64,000 nt of DNA, taken from Mobula birostris (taxonomy: Eukaryota). Shown here piece after piece: positions 62,501-64,000 of this stretch (within the stretch, counting starts at the first letter, position 1; each line of letters starts with the position of its first letter). Position numbers and translations under genes: made by a program. The notes beneath the pieces are model-generated. The model did not search any database, was not told the DNA's origin, and saw only the letters and a program-made list of their open reading frames with translations. Location: positions 33,290,782 through 33,354,781 of the forward strand of contig NC_092377.1 in assembly GCF_030028105.1 (NCBI RefSeq), in the 5' to 3' direction.

Positions 62501-62714
62501 TGATCTTACTGAAACAGTGGTCTAATGTGTTGTTTCCTCTAGTACTACAAGCGATTTGTTGATAATTATTTAGTAACTTTTTCAAACTGGCCTGGTTAAA
62601 ATCCCCCAAAATGATGGGAAAAGCATCAGGATGTGCTGTTTCATGCCCGTTGCTTGCATCACTCAGTTCGTCTAGAACCGCTTTTACATTAACCTCAGGT
62701 GGAATGTACACCAC
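59533..62714 (-). mobile_element. Long Rex-Babar LINE (APE C-terminal half, RT, 3' UTR), 5'-truncated and interrupted
   Basis: [61 protein letters not shown]. Confidence 0.93.
59881..60659 (-). mobile_element. Internally deleted Rex-Babar element with (ATCT)n tail, nested in another Rex-Babar
   Basis: 5' region plus endonuclease piece (CTESGKR..NNRWCNPGYITIEERVCRLDIELFTVGLRP) fused to the C-terminal RSFLPVAI, 3' UTR and (ATCT)n. The host reads continuously as ...ctttaatgat|(g)gatgccgct... Confidence 0.85.
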
Positions 62715-64000
62715 TATTTGTTTCCCTATTTTCCATGCCCCTGCTTCTCTCCCTTACATTCTTCACATTCAGGTTTGGATTGGAAAGTGGCTGCTTTCTG
62801 GTAATGGTGGTATGTTCTCCATGTATGAACCCAAGCACTGTCAATCTTCCTTTGGAGGACTTTTACCCTGGCCTGACCTGTCAATTTCCTTTGATTTTAA
62901 TATTTTGCCTTGCTCACAGGACCAATCTGATAGGTCCTGTGAGCAAGGCTATGTCTGTTTTGACATTTTACTTGCCTTGCAAAGAATGGAGGCTGAACTT
63001 GGCTTTATAATAATACACAGACCATAGAAGGTAGACAGACAGCACAGTACAGGGACAGAGACTTTGGCCCATGATGTTGGGCTGAACTAATTAAATTATT
63101 AATCAGAGGCACAACTAAACTAATCCTATTGCTCACACAATGTCCATATCCTTCCAGTTCCTGCACACGTGTATGCCTTTCTAAGAACCTCTTGAATACT
63201 TCTATCATATTATCTTTTGCTACTACTCCACACCATGCATCCAGCCACCCACCACTCTCTGTGTAAAAATATTGTCCAGAACATCTCCTTTAAACTTGCC
63301 CCCTCACCCTAAATGCATGCTCTCTGGTATTAGACATTTCAACCATGGGAAAATGATATTTGATTTCTGCTCTATCTATTCCTCTTATAATCTGATAAAG
63401 CTCTTCAATTCTCCCCTCAGCCTCCACTTCTGCAGAAAAAGCAAGTCATGTTTGTCCAACCTCTTCTTACAGCACATGCCCTCTGATCCATGTAAACCTC
63501 TTCTGCACCCTCTTCAAAGCCTCAATATCCTTCCTATAATGGGGTGTCCAAAATTGAATGCAATACTTCAGATACAGCCTAACTGGAGTTTTATAAAATA
63601 CAACAAAACTTCCCGGCTGTTGAACTCAGTCCTTTGGCTAATAAAGACAAGCATGCCATTTGCCTACTTTACCATTCTGTCCACCTGTGCAGCCATTTAG
63701 AGGGAGCTGTGGATGTGGACCCAAAGATCCCTCCACACATCAACACTTAACGGTCTTGCCATAACAATCTACTGTTTCTTTACATTCGACCTCCTGAAAT
63801 GCAACACTTCACATTTGTCTATGTTAAACACCATCCTCCATTTCTTTGCCCATATCTGCAGCTGATCTATATCTCACTGTATATATATCTTTGCAGAACA
63901 CCATTAATCACAGACATTCAACCCTTCACCCAGAATAAGTCTCATCAACCACTACCCCGTCTTTTACAAGTGAGCCAATTCAAAATCTAAACAGCCAACT
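62715..64000 (-). mobile_element. CR1 fragments (APE remnant, then tail and 3' RT region running off the window edge)
   Basis: CR1 tail at about 63020, followed by decayed C-terminal ORF2 on the minus strand. Confidence 0.75.

Noticed and set aside
1-64000. CRISPR arrays, operons or prokaryotic defence systems
   Set aside because: The DNA is spliced vertebrate sequence. The repeats are dispersed TEs with no regular repeat-spacer periodicity.

Overview
Eukaryotic (vertebrate) DNA, most likely from a cartilaginous fish (ray/shark). That assignment is an inference from the repeat content: CR1 with esterase ORF1, Rex-Babar, V-SINE and Penelope-derived repeats. The window lies inside one + strand gene, CAMKMT (calmodulin-lysine N-methyltransferase). 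Four internal coding exons (1572-1638, 35229-35303, 37042-37105, 44174-44305) splice in frame with canonical AG/GT sites; the first and last exons are outside the window. The introns are filled with nested transposable elements: two near full-length CR1 LINEs, Rex-Babar and RTE LINE fragments, a solo LTR, Tc1 and hAT MITEs, tRNA-headed SINEs and a Penelope GIY-YIG fragment. AT-rich repeat-free blocks between them are candidate conserved enhancers of the CAMKMT-SIX3/SIX2 region. The most striking signal is about 12 copies of a short Penelope-derived element carrying a minimal hammerhead ribozyme (CTGANGA-stem-GAAAC-GTC). Many copies have 10-20 bp target-site duplications (TSDs), and several are fold-back palindromes whose inversion point sits at the ribozyme core. 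Three copies near 57-58 kb retain an intact catalytic core, and one of them carries target-site sequence from its neighbour 0.8 kb away. Almost all ORFs in the supplied track are TE remnants or spurious. TE family names come from recognised motifs, not database searches, and boundaries without TSDs are approximate.
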